A stretch of DNA of 58,230 nucleotides from Candidatus Moraniibacteriota bacterium (GTDB lineage Bacteria; Patescibacteriota; Minisyncoccia; Moranbacterales; UBA1568). Each line of letters begins with the position of its first letter. Position 1 is the first letter of the stretch. This document shows positions 1 through 9,472 of this stretch, piece after piece. The notes under the pieces are model-generated. The model saw nothing but the letters and a program-made list of their open reading frames with translations, did not search any database and was not told the origin of the DNA. A program made the translations under genes and the position numbers. The stretch spans positions 1 through 58,230 of the forward strand of contig JAGOSP010000005.1 in assembly GCA_018062205.1 (NCBI GenBank). Reading direction: 5' to 3'.

Positions 1-527
<527 letters not shown>

Positions 528-801
528 AGAAACGATATTCCGAAGAATACGTTTCATTGAAAAACAAATTGAAAGGAATCCGCCGTCTCCCTCTGCACAA
601 AGCAGAGGAGAGAGGACTAACCACAAAAAATTGTGATTGTTAAACTTTTTTCTCTTCTTTATTTGGCTCGCACAGAAATTGTTAATGGACTCCGACAGAT
701 ATTCTCTATATTATTTTTCCTTTTTCATACACACTCGTGCACTCAGCAGAAAAAAACAAAAAGAAACAAAAGCAATCCGTACACTTCCTGATTGCTTACC
801 T

Positions 802-829
802 AGTATAGCAGCCAAAACCGGTCTGTCAA
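802..829 (-). promoter_or_regulatory. Putative sigma70-type promoter upstream of the 16S rRNA
   Basis: The minus strand reads TTGACA, a 16-nt spacer, then TATACT, about 270 nt upstream of the mature 16S 5' end. Confidence 0.4.
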
Positions 830-881
830 GCCCCAGAGACTCTTTCTTATTCTTCCGGCTCTGCATCCCTATTTTTTCCAC

Positions 882-907
882 AAAAATCCTTTATCTAAAG
901 GATTTTT
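882..907 (-). terminator. Hairpin terminator after the 943-1476 gene (symmetric, possibly bidirectional)
   Basis: AAAAATCCTTTA-TC-TAAAGGATTTTT palindrome flanked by A and T runs. Confidence 0.5.
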
Positions 908-942
908 GTGTTCTTTTTAGCCAAGCTCCGCCATCAGACACT

Positions 943-1476
943 TTATTTCAACCGATTATTGATAAAGAGAAGGGCAAATATTGGAACAGCGAACCAGACT
1001 ATTGATGCGAGCGGCGAAGCAAAAACAAGAGCAACATGCTCCGTTACAAAACTCTGCGTTACCGTTCGTGGCAAAAGAGAAAGAAGCATACTGGTGAGCA
1101 TGCCAGAAACAAGCAGGCTCATAACGATCAAACGCCAAAAAAGATCCGATCCGGCACTCGAAATATGGAGATCAAAAAGTCGCTTATCAATCGCCGTCAA
1201 AAAGACAAGTAAAAGAACAAATATACCAGCCTTCGCATAGTCAGAAGCCAAGAGAATGGTCGTTGGAATTACCGATATAAAAGCCAATGCGATGTAAGCA
1301 TTAATAAGGATGTTGATGAGCTTAAAACGACCCAAAAAGAACCCCAATGCCAGACTTAAACCAGCAAACAAGAAAAAGAAAGAAAAGTCGGCAGAAACAT
1401 CTTTCGATAACCCAGTTATATTTTCCAAAAATGAAATACCTGGCATCATATATACGAAATAAAAGAATCTCCACAA
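943..1476 (-). CDS. Hypothetical polytopic membrane protein (177 aa)
   Basis: Long ORF with several hydrophobic segments and a terminator hairpin downstream. No recognisable family motif. Confidence 0.6.
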   Translation of the reverse strand: MWRFFYFVYMMPGISFLENITGLSKDVSADFSFFFLFAGLSLALGFFLGRFKLINILINAYIALAFISVIPTTILLASDYAKAGIFVLLLVFLTAIDKRLFDLHISSAGSDLFWRLIVMSLLVSGMLTSMLLSLLPRTVTQSFVTEHVALVFASPLASIVWFAVPIFALLFINNRLK

Positions 1477-1726
1477 AAAATGATACGCCGTGAGTGTACC
1501 ATTCCTTGTTGTACCCCGTCAAAAGAATACTTATTCTTTTTCATCTACTGGAAAACCTTTTTTGATGACATGAAAAATATTCTCCCGATGCTCTTATAAA
1601 CACTTTTCTCAAGAAAATGGACTCCTCTTATAAATCCCTTTCAATAGCCAAAAAGATGCGCTATGATAGCTTATAGTTGCAGAAGTATACCTTGCAACTT
1701 ATTATTCCTTCTTATGATTCATCTGT

Positions 1727-3202
1727 ATGCTTCAAGGTAAGCCACGTTTTGCGCTTTTTCTCCTCGCCGTTGTATCTTTTTTTGTTGTTTCAGGAAGCGT
1801 TTTATTCTATGCTTTTGGCTACCGATTTAACTTTGAAAGCGGAATTTTTATCTACGGGGGTTCGATTACACTGAAATCGAACCCCGTGGAAATTGATGTC
1901 AAGATTGATGGTATTCCTATTCTTTCTCAAGATCTCAATCGCCTTAATCAAAGTTATCATATTTCCGGCATTATCCCAGGAGAACATTCTATTGAAGTCA
2001 GCTCACCCGGATATCAAACCTGGACCAAACGGATAGTTGTCAAAAGTGGTCTTTCAAACGAATTTTGGAATATCACCCTTCCTCGACAAAATTATGAAAT
2101 CATTTCCTATCCAGGAACAGAAAATTTGACGCGTTATTTTCAATCACCAGAACCAGCACTTTTTGCTGGCATTTATGAAGGTCGCAACCGAATTAACATA
2201 CAATCATATGACACCGATCAAGAAATAAATGAACTCCTCTATTCTCAACCAAATATCTCTTTTGCTTTTGAAAAAAATGAAAATCTTGAGTGGTCCCCTG
2301 ATGCAGATCGAATTGTTTTCCCAGTTTTTTTTGAAAATAAGCGACACGTACTTTCAGTAGATACCAAAACAAAGCAGATTCGAGATCTAAGTGCCGAACT
2401 TAATCAGTTCTCAATCATGCGTCCTCGTTTCAATCCTACGGTCCGCAATTCACTCCTCTACCGTTCCGAAGGCAAACTGTATCGGCTTGATTTGAACGAT
2501 TCTACTAATGATAATAAAATACTTGAACCGATACTTCTTGCTGAACACGTTCTCAGTTATGATATTTCCGGATCAAATATCTATATTATAAATTCTGAAA
2601 ATAACCTTCTTTACCGATTCAAAGCCGATGAAAAACGTCCAGATTTTCGTCCTATTACCGATATTCCTCTTGACAATGTGAATGCTGACACAACACTGAT
2701 TGTTTACGATGAATACCGTATTGCCATTCTTTCCAAGGATGGAGCTCTCTCATTTTTCAACGCCTATCTAAACGATAGCCCACTTCAAATACTTGCCAAT
2801 CAAGGCATACAAGGCGCTCAATTTTCCGATGATGGGAAAAAACTTCTTTTCTTTTCTGACCATGAAACATCGGTCTATTTTATTCGACCGTGGGAAGTAC
2901 AACCAAAACGTGACCAAAATTCTATCTGGCAAATTAGCCGTTTTGCAGATAAAATCTCTTTCGTCCAATGGACGAAGGATTACGAACATATTCTCTACGC
3001 CAAAGGATCGCAAGCCTTTGTGATTGAACTTGATAATCGTGACCGACGCAATATTAGCGAGCTTATTCGCTTTGAACGACCTCCAATTCAAATCCTCTCC
3101 CGCGTCAACAGAAACCAAGTTTTTTTCATCAACGACACTGGCAATGCTTCTGAATTACGCTCCATTGATTTCCCTGAATTCAATAACTTCTTTACGCAAT
3201 AA
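1727..3202 (+). CDS. Membrane-anchored protein with a PEGA-like domain and a TolB/WD40-like beta-propeller region
   Basis: N-terminal TM helix (FALFLLAVVSFFVVSGSVLFYAF). PEGA-like motif IIPGEHSIEVSSPGYQTWTKRIVV. Repeated beta-strand-rich C-terminal part. Confidence 0.65.
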   Translation: MLQGKPRFALFLLAVVSFFVVSGSVLFYAFGYRFNFESGIFIYGGSITLKSNPVEIDVKIDGIPILSQDLNRLNQSYHISGIIPGEHSIEVSSPGYQTWTKRIVVKSGLSNEFWNITLPRQNYEIISYPGTENLTRYFQSPEPALFAGIYEGRNRINIQSYDTDQEINELLYSQPNISFAFEKNENLEWSPDADRIVFPVFFENKRHVLSVDTKTKQIRDLSAELNQFSIMRPRFNPTVRNSLLYRSEGKLYRLDLNDSTNDNKILEPILLAEHVLSYDISGSNIYIINSENNLLYRFKADEKRPDFRPITDIPLDNVNADTTLIVYDEYRIAILSKDGALSFFNAYLNDSPLQILANQGIQGAQFSDDGKKLLFFSDHETSVYFIRPWEVQPKRDQNSIWQISRFADKISFVQWTKDYEHILYAKGSQAFVIELDNRDRRNISELIRFERPPIQILSRVNRNQVFFINDTGNASELRSIDFPEFNNFFTQ

Positions 3203-3237
3203 AAAATCATACCTCGTAACCCTCTCATACAAAAACT

Positions 3238-4425
3238 ATGCCGCCAGAACAACCGTTTATTTCAACAGAAGCACCTATTTCTCAGCAAGAAAAGGTTCAT
3301 AGCGAGCCAGCTCTTGAGCGAGAACAGCAAGCCAGAATACTCTGTCAAATTGGAAATCATCATGCTATTCTTGAAAGCTTCAAGACTTCAGAAAATCGAC
3401 TCCTCCTTGAAGAAAGCATCTTACGTCTTCAATCAAACCCTACTATTCGCGAGCAGTTGTCCGATATCATCCCCGCGCTTGCTCCGGCACACTGGGAAAT
3501 GCTTACCTTACTGGAACTTTTTGATATTGAAACGTTTGAGCACTGTATTCGCACTTACCAAATTCTTGAACGAAAACTCAAAAGCACTCATCCTGTCGGA
3601 AATTTCCTGAGAGCCGAACTTGAAAAAGAAGGTGTCCAAAGGGAGACACTAACCATTGCTGCGCTGCTTCATGATGTCGGAAAAATTGGGATCCCCTTCA
3701 AAGACCTCATTCTCAACAATTCACTCACCGATAGCCAGTGGCATCGCCTCTGTATCAACCATTTTTGTTCACTCGATCACTGCTCCCCTGAACACGCAGA
3801 GGCGACCATCAACGAAAAACTTGCATCTGGCACAGAGCACAATCTCCGCGAAAAAGACCTGGTACCGTTTTCACTTTGCCTGACTCCCGAACAACAAGCA
3901 CGTCTGGGTCAATCAGGTATTGATTCAGATCAAACCCTCGGTGAAATTATCAATGCTCATCAAGACTTCTCCGGAGAAATTGCCAAAGCATATGGGCTCG
4001 ATGATACCTTTATCGCACTCGTTTCGAATCACCATGAACGTCCGCTTAATACAGAAGATATTCTTCCTGTTTCAAAATCTGCTCTTCGCATTGCAACCAT
4101 TCTCCGTTTTGCGGATGTCTTCGACGCTATCCATTCTGCCCGTTCGTATAAAAAAGGAAATCCATTTCTTACTACTATCGCCATTCTTATTCAGAAATCT
4201 CGCGATGGTTTCATTGATCCAAAACTCGCTTTTCTCTGGATAGATGAAGACATGCGGATATTCGAAACATCAAAAGAAAACTACTTCCAGATGCTTCCCG
4301 AAGCTATTGACCATGAACACATAGATGAAATTGAATATTCTCCGGCCACCCGCGAAGCCATTATTCAAAAAGAACATACGTCTCTACAAATTATTTGTAC
4401 TTTCTTAAAAGAAAAGCTAAACTAA
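3238..4425 (+). CDS. HD-domain phosphohydrolase, HD-GYP-like with a degenerate GYP motif
   Basis: AALLHDVGKIGIP (HD motif); NHHERP...RFADVFDAIHSARSYKKGNPF matches the HD-GYP core, but the DGxGYP segment is replaced. Confidence 0.7.
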   Translation: MPPEQPFISTEAPISQQEKVHSEPALEREQQARILCQIGNHHAILESFKTSENRLLLEESILRLQSNPTIREQLSDIIPALAPAHWEMLTLLELFDIETFEHCIRTYQILERKLKSTHPVGNFLRAELEKEGVQRETLTIAALLHDVGKIGIPFKDLILNNSLTDSQWHRLCINHFCSLDHCSPEHAEATINEKLASGTEHNLREKDLVPFSLCLTPEQQARLGQSGIDSDQTLGEIINAHQDFSGEIAKAYGLDDTFIALVSNHHERPLNTEDILPVSKSALRIATILRFADVFDAIHSARSYKKGNPFLTTIAILIQKSRDGFIDPKLAFLWIDEDMRIFETSKENYFQMLPEAIDHEHIDEIEYSPATREAIIQKEHTSLQIICTFLKEKLN

Positions 4426-4450
4426 TTCTATTAAATTAAAATTATAACCC

Positions 4451-4870
4451 ATGAAACGAAATCAATTGGTATTCATCCTAAGCACATTCCTCCTCTCGCT
4501 TGCCATACTCATATGGTTTGACTTCTTCTCATTCTCAAAAGTGATATATCTTCCTGCCTGGGCGAAAGTACTTCCATTTTCGATACACACACCCGCATAT
4601 ATCGTTTTTTTCTGTCTCATTCCAGTCGCCCTTTTCACTGATACCATCACTAATGCTAGTAGACTAACCTTGAAATCCGCATTCCTTTCACCTGTGCTTG
4701 GATTGATTATATATGCTTTCTCCGGAAATTTCTTATCTGTCGGTAATGCCTTCTTAAATACGCTCTTCAGCTACATGTTTATACTCTTGTTTCACAGCCT
4801 CATACCAGTCGTTTTACTTATTACGCTACGTGCAGCCATCATTCATTTTATTCCACAGAGATCAAAATAA
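4451..4870 (+). CDS. Hypothetical membrane protein (139 aa)
   Basis: ORF with about 4 hydrophobic helices. Confidence 0.55.
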   Translation: MKRNQLVFILSTFLLSLAILIWFDFFSFSKVIYLPAWAKVLPFSIHTPAYIVFFCLIPVALFTDTITNASRLTLKSAFLSPVLGLIIYAFSGNFLSVGNAFLNTLFSYMFILLFHSLIPVVLLITLRAAIIHFIPQRSK

Positions 4871-4889
4871 ATATTGTCTATGTTCATTA

Positions 4890-4918
4890 TTGACAAATAA
4901 GTTATTTAGGTCTATAAT
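4890..4918 (+). promoter_or_regulatory. Consensus sigma70-type promoter
   Basis: TTGACA (4890-4895), a 17-nt spacer, then TATAAT (4913-4918). Both hexamers match consensus perfectly. Confidence 0.6.
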
Positions 4919-5040
4919 TATTTTTTGAAGTTGCTTGGAATAACATCCCTCAAATAGGCGAGAGTATCGTTATTTTGGGGGTGTTATAGAATCAATTTCC
5001 TTGTTCTTGAACAATTTTCTTGCTCCAGAAAGGAGTTAGC

Positions 5041-5817
5041 ATGTTTGCGGTGACAGAAAAAGGTTGCTGGTCCAGTCGGACAGAAGGACCGATAGTACCC
5101 GGAGGAACTGCCCCGAAAGTATTATCTCCCCAAGCAAGAGCAGCACTTCGTGCTCCACGAGATGCTGTCGATCCTTCTAAGCGACAGAAACACGGTCCCC
5201 GACCAGACGCAATTCCAGAAACAGAACGTATTTCCCGGGGGAGAAAAACGGGTACGCAAGATAGCACTTGGGGTATTGTCATTCCTGCGCTTGAACTCCT
5301 GCTCGACAATAAATCGTCGGTGCAGCGGACCAAGAAAATACTACTCAAACTCTGGAGGCGCTCACCGGAAAAAATGCGCCAAAAAAGTAGCGCCATCGTG
5401 TCTCGCCTCTCCCAGATTTTTTCCGGAGAGGAGAGCGCTGCGAGGATGGACAAAAGGCTCCGTCGTGTCCTTGAAAGAGAATGGGCTTGTTTGATCGTCT
5501 CGGGATTCCTTCACCAGCTCGATGCAAAAACACTCCGGAGAATAGGCCTCTCTCAGGTAGCCGACTTCATTAACCCGGAAGGAGGAAAGCCTCTCAGTTT
5601 ACTCCAGTGTCTTCTCCACTGCGTCATCGAGTTTGAGAAGGCACAGGATCGCAAACCAGCGCTCGTTCTCCTTGATTTGATCCAGAACAAGGATTACGCA
5701 ACCCAGGACCAAATCGCTCTCTCTTGTTGGGTGCTTGATCTTCTTGACAGGAATTCTTCCCTCTCAACAGATGAGCTTGCTGCAAAACGCTGGGTATCAG
5801 CTGCTCTCCTACTGTAA
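5041..5817 (+). CDS. Orphan hypothetical protein (about 258 aa), more G+C-rich than its neighbours
   Basis: AAAGGAG lies 6 nt upstream of the ATG at 5041 (MFAVTEK...). A consensus promoter lies upstream and an intrinsic terminator downstream. No recognisable motif. Confidence 0.55.
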   Translation: MFAVTEKGCWSSRTEGPIVPGGTAPKVLSPQARAALRAPRDAVDPSKRQKHGPRPDAIPETERISRGRKTGTQDSTWGIVIPALELLLDNKSSVQRTKKILLKLWRRSPEKMRQKSSAIVSRLSQIFSGEESAARMDKRLRRVLEREWACLIVSGFLHQLDAKTLRRIGLSQVADFINPEGGKPLSLLQCLLHCVIEFEKAQDRKPALVLLDLIQNKDYATQDQIALSCWVLDLLDRNSSLSTDELAAKRWVSAALLL

Positions 5818-5848
5818 AAAAACTAGCCTCCATCGTGAGGTATTCGAA

Positions 5849-5888
5849 CCCGAGATTCACACCCTCGGGCTTTTCTTTTCCTTTTTTA
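5849..5888 (+). terminator. Intrinsic terminator of the 5041-5817 gene
   Basis: CCCGAG-attcacacc-CTCGGG hairpin followed by CTTTTCTTTTCCTTTTTT. Confidence 0.6.
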
Positions 5889-6038
5889 CACACTGCGCCC
5901 AACAAAAAAACCCTGGTTACCCAGAGCTTTTGTTTGTTTCGAAAAATCAGGGCTAGCGCTTGCTCCACTGCAAATCTCTTCGAGATTTCTATAGGGCTTC
6001 CGCCCTCTAGTCCTCGGATGACCTTGGACACTCCAAAC

Positions 6039-6075
6039 GGGGAAAATTCTTTTCCCCGCCCCCCCCCTTTTTTTT
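6039..6075 (-). terminator. Hairpin plus homopolymer tract downstream of rpsI (putative terminator)
   Basis: GGGGAAAA-gaa-TTTTCCCC hairpin on the minus strand, preceded by a run that reads C9 then T8 on the plus strand. The U-tract after the hairpin is weak. Confidence 0.35.
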
Positions 6076-6094
6076 GACACACCAATCGAAGCAA

Positions 6095-6529
6095 TTAACG
6101 CTTCGACCACTGTGGGGCACGACGGGCTTTCTTGAGACCTGGTTTCTTCCGTTCTACTGAACGAGAATCACGAGTCAAAAGTTTTCGCGCTTTCAAAATA
6201 GCACGTAAATTGATATCAAATTTTATGAGTGCGCGAGCCACGCCAAGCTTGGTGGCATCAGACTGTCCATGAACACCTCCGCCCTGTGCCAGAACTGAGA
6301 CGCTAAACTTTCCACTCATCCCAGCTACCTGCAAGGGAGAGAACGCATTGGACATATATGATGCCAAACCAAAATACGCCTGAGCATCACGGCCATTGAC
6401 TATGAGAGTCATATCCTTCTCATCTGCAATCGGAGTAATACGCACCTGAGCTACTGCCGTCTTGCGACGACCAACTGCGGCAATATATCGCTCTGCTACT
6501 TCCTTCGTTTTTACAGTCTTTGTTACCAT
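6095..6529 (-). CDS. rpsI: 30S ribosomal protein S9 (uS9)
   Basis: GGGVHGQSDATKLGVARAL...RKKPGLKKARRAPQWSKR C-terminus typical of uS9. Lies directly downstream of rplM. Confidence 0.95.
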   Translation of the reverse strand: MVTKTVKTKEVAERYIAAVGRRKTAVAQVRITPIADEKDMTLIVNGRDAQAYFGLASYMSNAFSPLQVAGMSGKFSVSVLAQGGGVHGQSDATKLGVARALIKFDINLRAILKARKLLTRDSRSVERKKPGLKKARRAPQWSKR

Positions 6530-6560
6530 ACTGCTGTCTACTATAAATCAAGAAAAGATA

Positions 6561-6983
6561 TTAATCATGTTGCACGTGAATGGTCTTGTGTGTGTGTTCG
6601 GCATTCTTGTACAGGTTTAACCGAGTCAGCATACGATCCCGAAGCTTATTCTTTGGGAGCATCCCGTACACAGCTTTCCAAAAAATCTTCCTCGAATCCT
6701 TCTTCATTTGATCCTGAAATGAGATCGACTTGATACCACTCGGATACCCACTAAAATGGTGGTATATTTTATCGGCACGCTTATTCCCCGTGACAACCAA
6801 CCCATCCGTATTGATAATCACGACACAATCGCCGCCATCGATATGCGGTGTATAGCCTGCTTTCTTTTTTCCAGAAAGGACAAATGCCACCTCAACCGCC
6901 AAGCGACCAAGAACCTTCCCTTGTGCATCAAACTGGTGATACACTCGACTTATTGATTGTTTCTTCGCTGTTGCCATAACCAT
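6561..6983 (-). CDS. rplM: 50S ribosomal protein L13 (uL13)
   Basis: GRLAVEVAFVLSGKKKAGYTPHIDGGDCVVIIN... pattern. Conserved rplM-rpsI pairing. Confidence 0.93.
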   Translation of the reverse strand: MVMATAKKQSISRVYHQFDAQGKVLGRLAVEVAFVLSGKKKAGYTPHIDGGDCVVIINTDGLVVTGNKRADKIYHHFSGYPSGIKSISFQDQMKKDSRKIFWKAVYGMLPKNKLRDRMLTRLNLYKNAEHTHKTIHVQHD

Positions 6984-7006
6984 TACATCTCATTTAACAG
7001 AGTACC

Positions 7007-7378
7007 CTATGAAACAAATTCGATAACCGCTCTTCGCGCACCATCGCCTTTGCGAGCCTCTACTTTAATAACGCGTGTATATCCACTCTCTCGCCCAGCA
7101 AAACGGCTCACAAACTCTTCTGAAAGCATTTTATCTGCGGCATCTTTTGGAAGACGCTGACGTACCATACGAACCATCGATAAGCTTCCAGCATCATTCT
7201 TCTTCGCCTTCTTCGCCTTATTGACTAGTTGATCAATAAAATCCTTGGTTTCTTTTGCTTTGGCTTCTGTCGTCATGATACGACCATGAAGTATCAAACT
7301 CGCGAGCAAACCCTTAATAAGAGCTCTCCGCTGATTGCGTTCACGACCTAAAATACGACCTTTATTCCTGTGATGCAT
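7007..7378 (-). CDS. rplQ: 50S ribosomal protein L17 (bL17)
   Basis: N-terminus MHHRNKGRILGRERNQRRALIKGL... Follows rpoA as in the alpha operon. Confidence 0.93.
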   Translation of the reverse strand: MHHRNKGRILGRERNQRRALIKGLLASLILHGRIMTTEAKAKETKDFIDQLVNKAKKAKKNDAGSLSMVRMVRQRLPKDAADKMLSEEFVSRFAGRESGYTRVIKVEARKGDGARRAVIEFVS

Positions 7379-7412
7379 ACTTCCATCTCATCAAATCACG
7401 ACCCGATTTAGC

Positions 7413-8204
7413 TTATTCTGCCTTCTTCTTTGATTTCTTCTCTTCTTTTGCTGCTGCTTCGACAACTACTACTGGAGCCACCTCTGCAACACTCACTGCC
7501 TCAATCACCTCTGCCTCCTCATCAACTCTTGATTCAGAAAGAGCGGTAAACTGATTCATAAGGATAGCAACGCTCTTAGCGAAAGCTTCTTCTGGAGCAA
7601 TACTTCCATCAGTCAAGATTTCCAGAGTAATTTTGTCATAGTCAGTCCGCTTCCCGACACGCATGTTCTCTACCTCATAATTGACACGCTTCACTGGTGA
7701 GTAGATTGAATCGACTGCAATAACACCAATTTCGCGTTCCTCACGATCACGAGCTTCAACGGAAACATATCCAACGCCACGATCAATTTCAATTTCCATT
7801 TCCAATTCCGTCTTCTTGTCGGTAATTGTTGCAATCATCTGATCGCCATCAACTATCTCAACGCTTGATGGTACCTTGAAATCCTTGGCAGTAACAACTC
7901 GTTCGCCCTTTACTTTCAAAGAAAGCTTGACCGGCTCATCGCCATGTAATCGAAAACGAATCTGTTTCAAGTGAAGAAGAATTTGAACTACATCTTCCAT
8001 AACACCCGGAACAGTGGTGAACTCATGCGTCACACCGGTAATCTTTACCGAACGAATAGCTGCCCCCTCAAGAGAAGACAACAATACCCGCCGAAGCGCA
8101 TTACCCAAAGTTGTTCCGTAACCAGGATAACACCCGAGAATCTCGAACTTACCATGGTTTTCACCAAGGGAGATATACTCTGGCTTTTGTGGGATAGCGA
8201 TCAT
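7413..8204 (-). CDS. rpoA: DNA-directed RNA polymerase alpha subunit: N-terminal domain plus acidic/lysine tail, no recognisable C-terminal domain
   Basis: LGNALRRVLLSSLEGAAI motif and alpha-NTD-like layout. The protein is only 263 aa and ends in EEAEVIEAVSVAEVAPVVVVEAAAKEEKKSKKKAE. Its position between rpsD and rplQ is conserved. Confidence 0.9.
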   Translation of the reverse strand: MIAIPQKPEYISLGENHGKFEILGCYPGYGTTLGNALRRVLLSSLEGAAIRSVKITGVTHEFTTVPGVMEDVVQILLHLKQIRFRLHGDEPVKLSLKVKGERVVTAKDFKVPSSVEIVDGDQMIATITDKKTELEMEIEIDRGVGYVSVEARDREEREIGVIAVDSIYSPVKRVNYEVENMRVGKRTDYDKITLEILTDGSIAPEEAFAKSVAILMNQFTALSESRVDEEAEVIEAVSVAEVAPVVVVEAAAKEEKKSKKKAE

Positions 8205-8243
8205 AGACGATGTAGTTAAAAACTTTTTTAGCGATAAGTAAGA

Positions 8244-8873
8244 TTATTTCGAGTAATACTCAACGACCATCTGAGGATCAACGGTCACTCCAATATCGCC
8301 GCGCGCCGGAAGACTCATAATGGTTCCTTCGAGCTTTTCGCTATTCAAATCAAGCCATACGGGGACATCTTTCTTCTCTTTCAAAATTTCAATGCGATTT
8401 TTCGTATAAGTCTTTTCGCGTTTCGTGTCTTTCAGGCGAATAACGTCACCCACGTGTAATTCAAATGAAGGAACATTCACGCGCTTTCCATTGACGGTAA
8501 ACATTTTGTGTGACACCAATTGACGTCCAGTCACCCGTGAAGGAGCAAAGCCAAGACGGTACACCACGTTGTCCATACGTCGTTCGAGTCGAGAAAGAAG
8601 AAGGTCTCCCGTCACACCCTTCTGCCGTTTCACTTCAGCATAATGGCAACGAAATTGCTTTTCAAGCACACCGTAAATACGCTTAATTTTCTGCTTCATG
8701 GCCAACTGCTTGCCAAATTCACTCTGATTTCGTGATGGGGTACCACCATGCACACCCGGAGTATTCGGGCGACGCACCATAGCGCATTTTTGAGAAATAC
8801 AACGATCTCCCTTGAGAAAAAGTTTTTCTCCAGCGCGACGACAGAGTTTGCATTTAGAATCAATATTGGCCAT
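8244..8873 (-). CDS. rpsD: 30S ribosomal protein S4 (uS4)
   Basis: N-terminal CKLCRRAGEKLFLKGDRC and an S4 RNA-binding domain (RLDNVVYRLGFA). Confidence 0.95.
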   Translation of the reverse strand: MANIDSKCKLCRRAGEKLFLKGDRCISQKCAMVRRPNTPGVHGGTPSRNQSEFGKQLAMKQKIKRIYGVLEKQFRCHYAEVKRQKGVTGDLLLSRLERRMDNVVYRLGFAPSRVTGRQLVSHKMFTVNGKRVNVPSFELHVGDVIRLKDTKREKTYTKNRIEILKEKKDVPVWLDLNSEKLEGTIMSLPARGDIGVTVDPQMVVEYYSK

Positions 8874-8959
8874 AATTTCGCTTCACTGACTTATCACTAA
8901 CGACGCTTATTATCTTTCTTCCTTGTGTTGTTTGACGAGCCAGTGACTTAATTTCTTAA

Positions 8960-9394
8960 TTAAATACGTCGTGGACGTCGAGAGCGACACCCCCCATGAG
9001 GAACCGAAGTGGTATCCTTAATTCCCAAAATTGAGAAACCGTTGTTTGCCAATGCACGAATGGCAGCCTCGCGACCATTTCCGACACCGTTGACAAACAC
9101 TTCTACTTCTTGCAAACCAAATTTCTTCACTTTTTCAATCACATCAGCCACAACCTGAGTTGCTGCGTATGGAGTTGATTTTTTCGCTCCTTTAAAACCC
9201 ATATGTCCAGAGCTTGACCATCCAAGTACATTGCCATTGATATCGGTCAGGGAAATAATCGTGTTGTTGTACGTACACTGAATAGTAGCACGTCCCTTCA
9301 AAATCTGTCGTCGGGAAGACTTCTTCTGTTTCTTTGTCGTTTCCTCAGCAACCTCGGCAACAACTTCTTCAGTTTTCTTTACTTCTTCTGTCAT
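8960..9394 (-). CDS. rpsK: 30S ribosomal protein S11 (uS11)
   Basis: GWSSSGHMGFKGAKKSTPYAA...PHGGCRSRRPRRI. Confidence 0.95.
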   Translation of the reverse strand: MTEEVKKTEEVVAEVAEETTKKQKKSSRRQILKGRATIQCTYNNTIISLTDINGNVLGWSSSGHMGFKGAKKSTPYAATQVVADVIEKVKKFGLQEVEVFVNGVGNGREAAIRALANNGFSILGIKDTTSVPHGGCRSRRPRRI

Positions 9395-9472
9395 ATTTTC
9401 TCCTTATCGTTTAGAGGCACTTGGCCCCAAAAAACCGGTTAACTCTTCAGAAATACTCTCCCAAGCTAGGTC

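Noticed and set aside
4990-6094. Possible large structured RNA (RNase P RNA, tmRNA or group II intron) in the G+C-rich stretch. Cues were GGAGGAAAGCC at about 5586 and GGTATTCGAACCC at about 5838.
   Set aside because: The RNase P P4 signatures (GAGGAAAGUCCGGGC ... ACAGAANCCGGCUUA) are absent or in the wrong order. No tRNA-like acceptor or T-arm pairing exists around the TTCGAA motif, which is part of a terminator context. No intron domain V or tag-peptide frame is present. A consensus promoter, an RBS, a 258-codon ORF and a terminator fit a protein gene better.
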